Source: an uncultured Collinsella sp.
Lineage (GTDB): Bacteria > Actinomycetota > Coriobacteriia > Coriobacteriales > Coriobacteriaceae
Reading direction: 5' to 3'
Assembly: GCA_900545605.1 (NCBI GenBank)
Contig: UQZL01000002.1
Coordinates: forward strand, 43,943-107,942
DNA: 64,000 nucleotides
The position numbers and the translations under genes are program-made. Shown here piece by piece: positions 37,258 through 46,507 of the stretch. The notes under the pieces are model-generated. The model was not told the origin of the DNA and did no database searches. It worked only from the letters and a program-made list of their open reading frames with translations. The first letter of the stretch is position 1. Every line of letters starts with the position of its first letter.

Positions 37258-38244
37258 TTGAAGACTGTTCATGTTGCCGCTGGGATCATTCGCAAAGAAG
37301 GATCCGACGAGCTACTGGCCGTGCAGCGCGGCTATGGCGACATGCAGGGTCTTTGGGAGTTCCCCGGTGGCAAGCTCATGCGCGGCGAGACACCCGAGGA
37401 CGCCGTTCGCCGCGAGCTCATGGAAGAGCTGCAGGTAAAAGTCACCAACCTGCGCGATTTCTACACCGTTGAGTATGACTACCCCGATTTTCATCTCTCC
37501 ATGGAGTGCTACTACTGCTCGCTCGCCGATGAATCCGATGAGCCTCAGAAGCACGACCGCCAGCTCGATATCCGCTGGATTCCACGCACCTCACTTGCCA
37601 CGGTGGAATGGATGCCCGCTGACAAGGGGCTTATCGACGCTCTAATTGAGCTGAAGGAAGACCGGCTTGAGGCAAGCTCCGCCGATGACGCCGCGCCCAA
37701 CACAGCCGACAAACCCGCCACCAAACCCAAGCGCGCACCTAAGCGCCGCAGCAAAAAGCGTCCCAAGCCCGGTCTGCTCGACGGCATCGATACCTCGGAC
37801 CTTTCCGCCGACGAGCGTGAGCTCGTGCGCCGTCGCGCCGCTATAAAAAAGTCCATGAAGGGCAACAAGCGCGCCAACACCAAGCCCGAGCTGCTCGTAC
37901 GACAGCACCTGCGCGCAGCGGGCCTTACGGGTTACCGCTTGGAATGGAAGGTTCCCGGCAAGCCCGACATCGCCTTCCCCGGCCGCAAGATCGCCATCTT
38001 CGTCAACGGCTGCTTTTGGCACCGCTGCCCCAAATGCAACCCAAGTCAGCCCAAGCGCAATGTCGAGTTTTGGGAGGCAAAGTTCCGTCGCAACGTCGAG
38101 CGCGACCGTGCCGCCGTGGCAGCGCTCACCGAAATGGGCTGGACGCCCATAACCATCTGGGAATGCGAACTCAAAAAGGACCGCATCGACGCCACGATGG
38201 AAAAGGTCATCGAACAAGTACGCGCCGCCGCACCGCAGCGCTAG
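37258..38244 (+). CDS. NUDIX hydrolase (MutT/NudG-like) fused to a Vsr very-short-patch-repair endonuclease
   Basis: N-terminal WEFPGGK...GE...RELMEEL Nudix box; Lys/Pro-rich linker; C-terminal NTKPE...PGKPDIAF...GCFWH...FWEAKFRRNVERD...GW...IWECEL Vsr motifs, all in one frame. Confidence 0.88.
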   Translation: MKTVHVAAGIIRKEGSDELLAVQRGYGDMQGLWEFPGGKLMRGETPEDAVRRELMEELQVKVTNLRDFYTVEYDYPDFHLSMECYYCSLADESDEPQKHDRQLDIRWIPRTSLATVEWMPADKGLIDALIELKEDRLEASSADDAAPNTADKPATKPKRAPKRRSKKRPKPGLLDGIDTSDLSADERELVRRRAAIKKSMKGNKRANTKPELLVRQHLRAAGLTGYRLEWKVPGKPDIAFPGRKIAIFVNGCFWHRCPKCNPSQPKRNVEFWEAKFRRNVERDRAAVAALTEMGWTPITIWECELKKDRIDATMEKVIEQVRAAAPQR

Positions 38245-38733
38245 GAACGAGCCGTCCACACGCCCCACACAGGCGAGCCACATCCGCACCACAAACCTTA
38301 GAAAGCCCTTAAGCTCAAAACCTTTCAAGAGTGTTACTCAATACCTCTGACCTGCAGTTTCATCGTAAAACCAAACCAGGTTAAGCCTTTCTTTAGCGCT
38401 TCTTTGCAGCAGCCGCGGCATAATACTGCCAACGCACGGGACCTAGCAGCATACCCCGAGCGCAATCTTTTGGTGGACATCGAGGAGGCCGCATAAGCAT
38501 GCATTCTTCCAATGACGCAGCACAGCAGCCATCCCTAAAACATGCAAACCTTTTCTCCTTCCCCCCGACACAGAGAAACGGCCTCCTCGACTCCCCAACT
38601 CCCAAACCCAAACGCTCTGCAGACCAACACCTCAACCTGCAGACATCCTTCGAAAAGCTCCAAGCATCCCTAGACAAGGCGTTCCCCGAACAGGCAAGAG
38701 CAATCTAGGCCCATCGCGCTTTATACTGATGCC

Positions 38734-39672
38734 ATGCGAAACATGGATCACATAGAATTGCACCGCGGAGGACGCGAGGAAGCATTTCCCGAGACCGCCG
38801 AAGACTGGCCCTATATTGCCGAACGCGCAGAATTCGCTCGCTATCCGGGCAATTCCGTCCCCTGGCACTGGCATTCCGAGGTTGAGCTTTTCTACATGGA
38901 GCAGGGAGCGATTGACTATCGAACGCGCGCGGCTCATGAACACGTGCGCTTTGAGGAAGGGTCCGCCGGCTTTATCAACGGCGGCGTTTTGCACAGCACG
39001 CTGCAATCACCCAATTCGGCACCAGCCATTCAAATGTTGCATATCTTTCAGCCGTCGATGCTCGGCGATCCCGCGGGACGTCTCCAAAAGCGCTACATCA
39101 ACCCATTGCTTCAATGTCGAGGCGTCGATGTGCTCAAATGGTCGCCCACCAACCCCGACGATATGCCCTTTATCGATTTGCTGAAGAGCTCCTTTAGTCA
39201 CGACCTTCAACGGCCGCAGAACGAGATGGCGCTTCGAAATAACTTGTCAGAGCTCTGGATTCAGATTTACGCCAAGACCGAACCGCTCTTTTCCTCCGAC
39301 AACGCCTCTTGGATGACCAACCGCGACGTACAGTTCAAGGCAATCCTGGACTTTATCCGCGCAAACTATGCAGCCGCTATAGATGTGTCCCAGATGGCAT
39401 CTGCAGCCGGCGTAAGCGAAAGAGAGTGTTACCGCATTATCGAAGCTTGTGCAGGAACGACCCCGGCGGCATATCTACGCGCATACCGCATAAACCGTGC
39501 TTGCGAACTTTTGGCACACACCACGCGAACGGTCCAGACAGTCGCGCGCCAATGCGGATTTATAACAGCAAGCCATCTTGGCCAGGTATTTAAAGAACAA
39601 ATGGGGTGCACTCCTTCGAGCTATCGAGCAGTGAGGCAGAATCTCGATAGCACCAGGCAGAAATCCCGCTAG
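38734..39672 (+). CDS. AraC-family regulator with a cupin N-terminal domain
   Basis: PWHWHSEVE cupin motif; C-terminal double HTH (CGF...FKEQMGCTPSSYR). Confidence 0.92.
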   Translation: MRNMDHIELHRGGREEAFPETAEDWPYIAERAEFARYPGNSVPWHWHSEVELFYMEQGAIDYRTRAAHEHVRFEEGSAGFINGGVLHSTLQSPNSAPAIQMLHIFQPSMLGDPAGRLQKRYINPLLQCRGVDVLKWSPTNPDDMPFIDLLKSSFSHDLQRPQNEMALRNNLSELWIQIYAKTEPLFSSDNASWMTNRDVQFKAILDFIRANYAAAIDVSQMASAAGVSERECYRIIEACAGTTPAAYLRAYRINRACELLAHTTRTVQTVARQCGFITASHLGQVFKEQMGCTPSSYRAVRQNLDSTRQKSR

Positions 39673-39728
39673 CCCTTCTTCTGTCACTGCATCAAACTTG
39701 CAGGCAAACAACAGAGAGGAGCAATCAT

Positions 39729-40352
39729 ATGAAGCACTTTGACCATATCGTATTTGACGTTGATGGGACATTGGCAGATACAGAAGAAAGCGTGCTGTCA
39801 TCGCTTGGCCAGATTATCCAAGAAGAAACCGGCAAAACGCTCCCCCGACACGAGCTTGAATTTGCCCTCGGCATACCCGGCAAGAACGCCCTTGAGAAAC
39901 TTGGGATCTACTCACAGGCAACGCTGGATCGCTGGTGCCAAGTTGCCGCCAGCTTTAAAAGCACCATCAGCGTGTTTCCCGGCTTGCACGAAGTTATCGC
40001 AACACTCTCCGACAACGGCTGCAAACTTGGCATCGTCTCCTCACGTGCGCGCAATGAATACGCAGAAGAAATTGCACCCCTTGGCTTCGATAAGTATTTT
40101 GAGCACATCATCCTTGTCGAAGACACAACCGAACATAAACCCGCACCCGCTCCCATGCTCGAATATCTCCGGCGTACGGGCGCGAATCCTGGCAACGTCG
40201 TCTACGTTGGCGACACCGTCTACGACGAACAATGCGCAACTTCGGCAGGGGTCAGTTTTGCCAGAGCGGCATGGGGATCACACCAAGACATCCCAAACGC
40301 CACCTACAACCTCAAAACCCCCAACGACCTACTAACCCTAACAACCAAGTAA
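39729..40352 (+). CDS. HAD-family hydrolase (phosphatase)
   Basis: FDVDGTL, KPAP, YVGD...D motifs. Confidence 0.9.
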   Translation: MKHFDHIVFDVDGTLADTEESVLSSLGQIIQEETGKTLPRHELEFALGIPGKNALEKLGIYSQATLDRWCQVAASFKSTISVFPGLHEVIATLSDNGCKLGIVSSRARNEYAEEIAPLGFDKYFEHIILVEDTTEHKPAPAPMLEYLRRTGANPGNVVYVGDTVYDEQCATSAGVSFARAAWGSHQDIPNATYNLKTPNDLLTLTTK

Positions 40353-40415
40353 CCCCCGCGCCTCAAATTTTCCGCCCTAACGCCACAAGGGCGACGACCT
40401 CGAGAAGGTCAACTT

Positions 40416-40540
40416 GGGAGGGACGAGGGCTTAGTTCCCCAATCTTTCCGCAGGGGGCAAAAAGCCTCGCCGCACGAAGTGCGCAGCGAGGCTTTTTGCA
40501 TGCCCGAGGACGATTGGGGAACTAAGCCCTCGTCCCTCCC
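40416..40540. repeat. Long palindromic element, copy 2 (29-bp perfect outer arms and conserved core)
   Basis: Arms 40416-40444 and 40512-40540 are exact reverse complements; core homologous to 3236-3302. Confidence 0.9.
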
Positions 40541-40573
40541 CGGGATATGTAGCGAGTCGGAGTACCCTTGCTG

Positions 40574-41431
40574 TTACTCTGCTTTGCCCACAGAGTTGAG
40601 GTTGGTCATGCGAATCTTAACCAGCTCGGTGATCTCACGCATGCCCTCCTTGGCCGGCTTCTTGGGGTCGAAGCAGGCAGGGTTCTCGGCCATGTAGGCC
40701 ATGAAGCCCTTGGTGTAAGCCTGACGCAGCTCGGTGGCGTAGTTAACCTTGCAGATGCCGTTCTTCACGGCCTCGGCGACCTGCTCATCGGGCACACCGG
40801 AAGTGCCGTGCAGAACCAGCGGCACGTCGACGGCGTCGCGGATGGCCTTGACCACGGACTGCTCGATGTGCGGATCGCTCGTGTACACACCGTGGCTGGT
40901 GCCAACGCCAATAGCGAGAGAGGTGCAGCCGGTGCGCTCGACGAACTCCTTGGCCTCGGCCGGATCGGTGTAGGGGCTCTCGCCCTCAACCGCGGGACCG
41001 TCGTCCTCCTTGCCGCCAACCTTGCCGAGCTCGGCCTCGACGGGCACGCCCATGGCGCGGCCAGCGTCGGCGACGGACTTGGTCAGGGCGATGTTGTCCT
41101 CGAAGGACTCGTGCGAGCCGTCGATCATGACAGAGGTGTAGCCCGTGCGGAAAGCCTGCATGCAGCGGTCATAGCCATCGCCGTGATCGAGGTGCAGAGC
41201 GACGGGCACGGAAGCGCGCTCGGCGGCAGCCTTGACCATGCCGTAGAAGTAGTCCAGACCAGCGGTCTTGATGGTGCCCGGGGTGGTCTGCATGATGACG
41301 GGGGACTTGGTCTCCTCGGCAGCGGCCAGAACGGCCATAACAAACTCGAGGTTCTCGACGTTGAAAGCGCCAACAGCGTAGTGGCCGGCCTGAGCGTCCT
41401 TGAGCATCTTTTCGGTGGTAACAAGTGCCAT
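40574..41431 (-). CDS. Class II fructose/tagatose-1,6-bisphosphate aldolase (GatY/KbaY-like)
   Basis: AVGAFN, LHLDHG, SVMIDGSH, EAELG, GTSHG, LVLHGTSG, KVNYATEL. Confidence 0.9.
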   Translation of the reverse strand: MALVTTEKMLKDAQAGHYAVGAFNVENLEFVMAVLAAAEETKSPVIMQTTPGTIKTAGLDYFYGMVKAAAERASVPVALHLDHGDGYDRCMQAFRTGYTSVMIDGSHESFEDNIALTKSVADAGRAMGVPVEAELGKVGGKEDDGPAVEGESPYTDPAEAKEFVERTGCTSLAIGVGTSHGVYTSDPHIEQSVVKAIRDAVDVPLVLHGTSGVPDEQVAEAVKNGICKVNYATELRQAYTKGFMAYMAENPACFDPKKPAKEGMREITELVKIRMTNLNSVGKAE

Positions 41432-41766
41432 GAGCGTTTGCTCCTCTCCCTCGCCCGCATCTGGACATCGGGCATAGTTGTTCACAAGGCGTTTTACCTT
41501 GCGTTTTGCTGCGCTCATTGTATGAAATTCAGCAGCTTTGCACGTGCGAGATATTGAGCCCATGCAGGTCAATACAGTCATTTTTGAAAAGCAAACGGAA
41601 GAAATTTGAGCCGAGTGAACATGTTCGATATTGAATTTTGGGCGTTCAGCGTCTTTCTTTTATAGAAAAGATAAGTAATCGAAAGGTGTTTTCTTACTCA
41701 AAAAGAAAATGAACGAAAATAGAGTCAACACAATTCCTGCAAATTTCAGACGATGATGGAGCAGAT

Positions 41767-42570
41767 ATGGCCCACGCAACAACCCGAGCTTTCGCCGACG
41801 AACGCCGTACCGCCATTATGGAAATGCTCGATCATAATGCCTCGGTGCAGGTAGCAGAAATCGCCCAGACCTTTGGCGTGTCCTCCGTCACCGCCCGCGC
41901 CGACCTGGACGCGCTCGCCGAAGCAGGCAAGCTGCGCCGCACGCACGGCGGTGCCGTATCACTCCACAAACGTCTGACCGTCTCCACGCAGGATCGCCGC
42001 ATCAATGTCAACGTCGCCGCCAAGCAGGCCATCGCGCAAAGCGCCATCGAGCTCGTCAATGACGGCGACACGCTGCTCGTCGACTCGGGCACCACGGCGC
42101 TCGAGTTCGTCCGGCTCCTCGATCAACGCGACGGTATCACCGTCATCACAGCAGACATTACCATTGCCGATTACATCGACGAGAGCATGCCCTCGGTCGA
42201 TGTCGTCATGCTGGGCGGGGCGTTGCGCAAAGGCCATCGTTATTTGTACGGACCGCTCACTATGCAAGCGCTCCAAATGGTCCATGCCGATCTTGCCGTC
42301 ATGTGCCCTGGCGCTTTTGTCCCCAGCTGCGGCTTTACGACCGACTTTCCCCAGATGGCCGAGACCAAAACGGCTATGATCGCCGCGGCCCATCAAAGCG
42401 TCGCCCTCATGGACGCCAGTAAGGTCAACGGACGCGGCATGTACCGTTTTGCCGAGCTTGCCGACGTTGACACCATCGTGATGGACCGTGATCCCGACGA
42501 TGCCGTCGCCACATCAATCGCCGAAGCCACTGACAGCGCACGTCCAGCCCTCGTCATCGCCCGCATCTAA
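41767..42570 (+). CDS. DeoR/GlpR-family regulator (LacR-like)
   Basis: VSSVTARADL...RTHGGA HTH; DSGTT sensor motif. Confidence 0.9.
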   Translation: MAHATTRAFADERRTAIMEMLDHNASVQVAEIAQTFGVSSVTARADLDALAEAGKLRRTHGGAVSLHKRLTVSTQDRRINVNVAAKQAIAQSAIELVNDGDTLLVDSGTTALEFVRLLDQRDGITVITADITIADYIDESMPSVDVVMLGGALRKGHRYLYGPLTMQALQMVHADLAVMCPGAFVPSCGFTTDFPQMAETKTAMIAAAHQSVALMDASKVNGRGMYRFAELADVDTIVMDRDPDDAVATSIAEATDSARPALVIARI

Positions 42571-42638
42571 AAACAAAAACCACCACAAAGGTGCCTGTCC
42601 CCTTTGTGGTGGTTTGAGCGTCAAAAGTGAAAGTGTCG

Positions 42639-43799
42639 CTACTTGGACAGCTCGTCGGCGAGAACCTCGATCTGAGCGCGCGAGGCGTCGTTGAGCGAGC
42701 CCAGCACGGTCACCTTGTTCTGCGCCAGGGTGATGTCCTTCATGCCCTCGAGCTCCTTGGTCATAACCTTGGCAGCGGTGGGCGCCCAGGAGCCGGCCTC
42801 AACGAGCGCCACCGTACGGTTCTGATAGGCGTGCTCGGCAAGCGTGTGGATAAAGGTGCTCATGAACGGGAAGATCTCGCCCTGATAGGTGATGGAGGCG
42901 AGCACCAGACGGTCATAGCGGAACGCATCCTCAACGGCCTCGGCCATGTCGTCGCGAGCCAAGTCAAAGACGGAAACCTTCTGGCCGCGGGCCTCGAGCG
43001 CAGATGCAAGCTCCTCAACGGCGGCCTTCAGATGGCCGTACACGCTCGCATAGGCAATCGTGATGCCCTCGTCCTCGGGCTGATAGCTCGACCAGGTGTT
43101 ATAGGTGTCGAGGTAATAGCCCAGGTTCTCGGTCAGTACGGGGCCGTGGAGCGGACAGATGATTTGGATATCCAGATCGGCGGCCTTCTTGAGCACGGTC
43201 TGCACGAATTTGCCGAACTTACCGACGATGCCAAAGTAGTAGCGGCGCGCTTCGCAAGCCCAGCCTTCCGGGTCCTCGATGTCGTTGGCGCCGAACTTGC
43301 CAAAGCCGTCGGCACTAAAGAGCACCTTGTCGGTGGACTCGTAGGAGAAGATCACCTCGGGCCAGTGCACGTTGGGGGCGCCGACAAACGTTAGGCTGTG
43401 GCCACCCAGGTCGAGCACGTCGCCCTCTTTGACGACCATCTTACGCTCGGGGTAGTCGGTGCCAAAGTAGTTGACCATCATGCGGAAGGCGCCCATGCTG
43501 GCCACAATCTGTGCCTGGGGGTAGCGCTCCATAAAGGCGGCGATGCCAGCAGAGTGATCGGGCTCCATGTGATGGACGACCAGGTAGTCGGGCGTGCGGC
43601 CGTCGAGCGCGGCCTCGAGGTTGCCGAGCCACTCGTCAACAAAACCGCCGTCGACTGAATCGGCGACAGCGATCTTTTCGCCCAAGATAACATAGCTGTT
43701 GTATGCCATGCCGTTCTCGGACACGTCGTACTGGCCCTCGAACAGGTCAATGTCGTGATCGTCGACGCCAACGTAGCGGATATCCTTGGTGATCTCCAT
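42639..43799 (-). CDS. Flavodiiron protein (FprA-type O2/NO reductase)
   Basis: YNSY, HHMEPDH, HWPE, FSADGFG, PLHG and a C-terminal flavodoxin domain. Confidence 0.9.
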   Translation of the reverse strand: MEITKDIRYVGVDDHDIDLFEGQYDVSENGMAYNSYVILGEKIAVADSVDGGFVDEWLGNLEAALDGRTPDYLVVHHMEPDHSAGIAAFMERYPQAQIVASMGAFRMMVNYFGTDYPERKMVVKEGDVLDLGGHSLTFVGAPNVHWPEVIFSYESTDKVLFSADGFGKFGANDIEDPEGWACEARRYYFGIVGKFGKFVQTVLKKAADLDIQIICPLHGPVLTENLGYYLDTYNTWSSYQPEDEGITIAYASVYGHLKAAVEELASALEARGQKVSVFDLARDDMAEAVEDAFRYDRLVLASITYQGEIFPFMSTFIHTLAEHAYQNRTVALVEAGSWAPTAAKVMTKELEGMKDITLAQNKVTVLGSLNDASRAQIEVLADELSK

Positions 43800-43928
43800 C
43801 AGGCAAAGCCTCCTAGATAGACAAAAGAGCCCGTCTATCATAGCACTCGACTACATCCCAACAGCTATCTACCGACATCCTTACCGATTGTTATTGATGT
43901 TCAACATATCACCGTTTACCTGCACAAA

Positions 43929-44960
43929 CTATGAGCGCGGTATCGCCGTGCTATGTCGAATAATGAGTTGGCCGGGAATACGAATGGCAACGGTTTTGCC
44001 CGCCGTACCCGCCTCGGGAACCGCATGCTCGAACACCTCGCGTCCGCGCTGATGTAGATCGAATCGCACGGTCGTGAGCTCGTTGTGTGCTACAAAATCA
44101 TCGAGCGAATCATCGACGCCCACCACGCTTACGTCCTCGGGCACGCGAAGACCGCTATCACGCAGCGCGGCAATCGCGCCATTTGCCATCTGATCGTTTG
44201 CCGCATAGATCGCCGTCATGGTGCGGTCGTGCTCGGCCAGATACCTGCCGGCTTCGTAACCGCTGTTGGCAGACCAGTCACCCTCGAGCGGCTCTACCGG
44301 CTCGATGTGTTTACGCTCGAGTGCATCTTGCCAACCGGCGCGACGAAATTGCTCGTCGACCGAGAACGACGGGCCGCCAATATAGCGAATCTGCTCGTGC
44401 CCCAGCTCAAACAGGTGATCCATAAGCAATAGCGAGCAGCCGTAATGGTCGGAATCGACCGTGGTCACCCGCGGGTGCGCATACATGGTAACGATGACCG
44501 TGCCAATGCCCGGCAGTGGATCAAACGTCTCAAAATCGGGCGCCATGCGGCTCATGCCGATGATGATGCCGTCCACCGGCAATGCGGCCATACGACGCGT
44601 GGCCTCGGCAAGCGAGAATTCCTCGGTCTTGGACATCTCGACCAGCGTGATGGCGCAATTATGCTCGCGAGCAGCGCTGGCGATGCCGTCGATCATTGAG
44701 AGGTTGCCAAACTTGGTGACATCGTTGATGCATAGGCCTACCGAATGGTAACGGCCGTCGCGCAGCGAGCGACCGGCATAACTCGGACGAAAGCCGAGCT
44801 CTTGCATAGCGGCCTGCACGCGCTGGCGCGTCTGCTCGTTGACGTTGGGCAATCCGTTGGCAACGCGCGAAACCGTCTGCTGCGAAACACCGGCAGCGCG
44901 GGCAACGTCAGCCATGGATACCGGACGCGTACCTGTATCGTTGGAAGGGCGCCTTGCCAC
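43929..44960 (-). CDS. LacI-family repressor (GalR-like), paralog A
   Basis: MADVARAAGVSQQTVSRV HTH; divergent from galK. Confidence 0.9.
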   Translation of the reverse strand: MARRPSNDTGTRPVSMADVARAAGVSQQTVSRVANGLPNVNEQTRQRVQAAMQELGFRPSYAGRSLRDGRYHSVGLCINDVTKFGNLSMIDGIASAAREHNCAITLVEMSKTEEFSLAEATRRMAALPVDGIIIGMSRMAPDFETFDPLPGIGTVIVTMYAHPRVTTVDSDHYGCSLLLMDHLFELGHEQIRYIGGPSFSVDEQFRRAGWQDALERKHIEPVEPLEGDWSANSGYEAGRYLAEHDRTMTAIYAANDQMANGAIAALRDSGLRVPEDVSVVGVDDSLDDFVAHNELTTVRFDLHQRGREVFEHAVPEAGTAGKTVAIRIPGQLIIRHSTAIPRS

Positions 44961-45055
44961 AAAATCACCTTCACCCTTGCGAGATATGAATAGTAGCGTG
45001 AATGCCGGCCCGGGCAGAAATACATCCCGCGCCGAGGCCCGCTATCGTCGGACGC

Positions 45056-45258
45056 ATGTTAACGTACTCTACTTTTTCTATCTGCATCTCTTCTGCTTTA
45101 TAAGTCCATACGGCAATACCGTTCACGGCTGTATTTCTACCGATTACCAGATTCTCAAAAAGTGACAAGCGATGTGTTATGAGTACGTTAACATAGCCCG
45201 TAACGTGCGGTATCGTGAACACTTGGTTCATGCCGCTTTAAGTTGTTAACGTACTCAT
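45056..45258. promoter_or_regulatory. Three operators TGTTAACGTACTC(AT) between LacI-A and galK
   Basis: 45056-45069, 45179-45194 (inverted) and 45243-45258. Confidence 0.75.
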
Positions 45259-45301
45259 AACGACGCAAAACCCACCCGGGCGCGCCAAGGAAAGGACTCC
45301 C

Positions 45302-46507
45302 ATGACCACCCCCGACGAAAAGACATTCGCCACGCTCACCAAGCTGTTCGAAGAGGAGTTTGGCCCCATCGGCGACCGCCAGGTGCTCTACGTGCACGCG
45401 CCCGGCCGCTCCGAGATCAGCGGCAACCACACTGACCACGAGGGTGGCCACGTTATCGCCGGCTCGCTCGATGTCGCCGTTGACGGCATCGCCGTGGCAA
45501 CCGATTCCAACAAGGTTCGCGTAGCCGACGAGGGCTATCCCACGTTTGAAATCGCGCTCGACACGCTAGACGTTCAGGAGTCCGAGAAGGGCACGTCCGC
45601 GAGCCTCGTCCGCGGCATGGCCCACGAAATCGCTGCTCTGGGCGTTGAGCCCCAGGGCTTCGACTTCGCCTTCACCTGCTCTGTCCCCTCGGGCGGCGGC
45701 CTTTCCAGCTCCGCTGCTGTCGAGGCGGCATACGGTCGCGCCATGGAGACGCTCTGGGGAGCACCCGCCATCGAGCCCGTCGCGCTCGCCCAGATGAGCC
45801 AGCGCACCGAGAACAACTATTACGGCAAGCCCTGCGGTCTGATGGACCAGGCCGCTGTGTGCCTGGGCGGCCTCGCCTACATGGACTTTGAGGACCAGGC
45901 TCGGCCTAAAACCCAGAAGCTCGAGCTCAACTTTGAGGATCACGGTTATGCGCTCGTGCTCGTTAAGGTCGGTGCCGACCACGTGGCCGCCACCGACGAC
46001 TACGCCGCCGTTCCGCGCGAGATGCAGGACGTCGCTGCCGAGTTTGGCAAGGCACGCCTGTGCGAGGTAAACGTGGCGGACTTTGACGCCAAGCTCCCCG
46101 AGCTGCGCGCCAAGCTGGGCGACCGCGCCTGCCTGCGCGCCGTTCACTACTGGCACGAAAACGGCCTGGTCGACAAGCGCTGGGCTGCCCTGAACGCCGG
46201 AGACATCGATCAGTTCCTGGTCCTGACGCGCGAGTCCGGCGCCAGCTCTGCCATGTACCTACAGAATGTCGTTGCCAAGCTGGGCTCCGAGCAGCCCTCC
46301 ATGTATGCCCTGGCGCTGGCCGAGCACGTGCTCGACGGCCGTGGCGCCGTCCGTATCCACGGTGGCGGCTTTGGTGGCACCATCCAGGCCTTCGTGCCGC
46401 TCGACCTGGTCGACACCTTCATTGCCAAGATGAACGGCTGGCTGGGCGAGGGCTCTGCCCGCCACTACGCAATTTCTGACAAGGGGGCTTACGCGGCATG
46501 GCTGTAA
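45302..46507 (+). CDS. galK: Galactokinase
   Basis: APGRSEISGNHTDH, GGGLSSSAA, CGLMDQ, GGGFGG. Confidence 0.92.
   Translation: MTTPDEKTFATLTKLFEEEFGPIGDRQVLYVHAPGRSEISGNHTDHEGGHVIAGSLDVAVDGIAVATDSNKVRVADEGYPTFEIALDTLDVQESEKGTSASLVRGMAHEIAALGVEPQGFDFAFTCSVPSGGGLSSSAAVEAAYGRAMETLWGAPAIEPVALAQMSQRTENNYYGKPCGLMDQAAVCLGGLAYMDFEDQARPKTQKLELNFEDHGYALVLVKVGADHVAATDDYAAVPREMQDVAAEFGKARLCEVNVADFDAKLPELRAKLGDRACLRAVHYWHENGLVDKRWAALNAGDIDQFLVLTRESGASSAMYLQNVVAKLGSEQPSMYALALAEHVLDGRGAVRIHGGGFGGTIQAFVPLDLVDTFIAKMNGWLGEGSARHYAISDKGAYAAWL

Noticed and set aside
38499..38708. 69-aa ORF with an upstream GGAGG
   Set aside because: RBS spacing is long, codon usage is atypical and there are no motifs; insufficient support.
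19888..41571. TGACCTGC/GCAGGTCA octamer at about 19889, 32537, 33829, 38348 and 41564
   Set aside because: Short GC-rich motif; two hits belong to the same repeat family; enrichment cannot be shown without computation.
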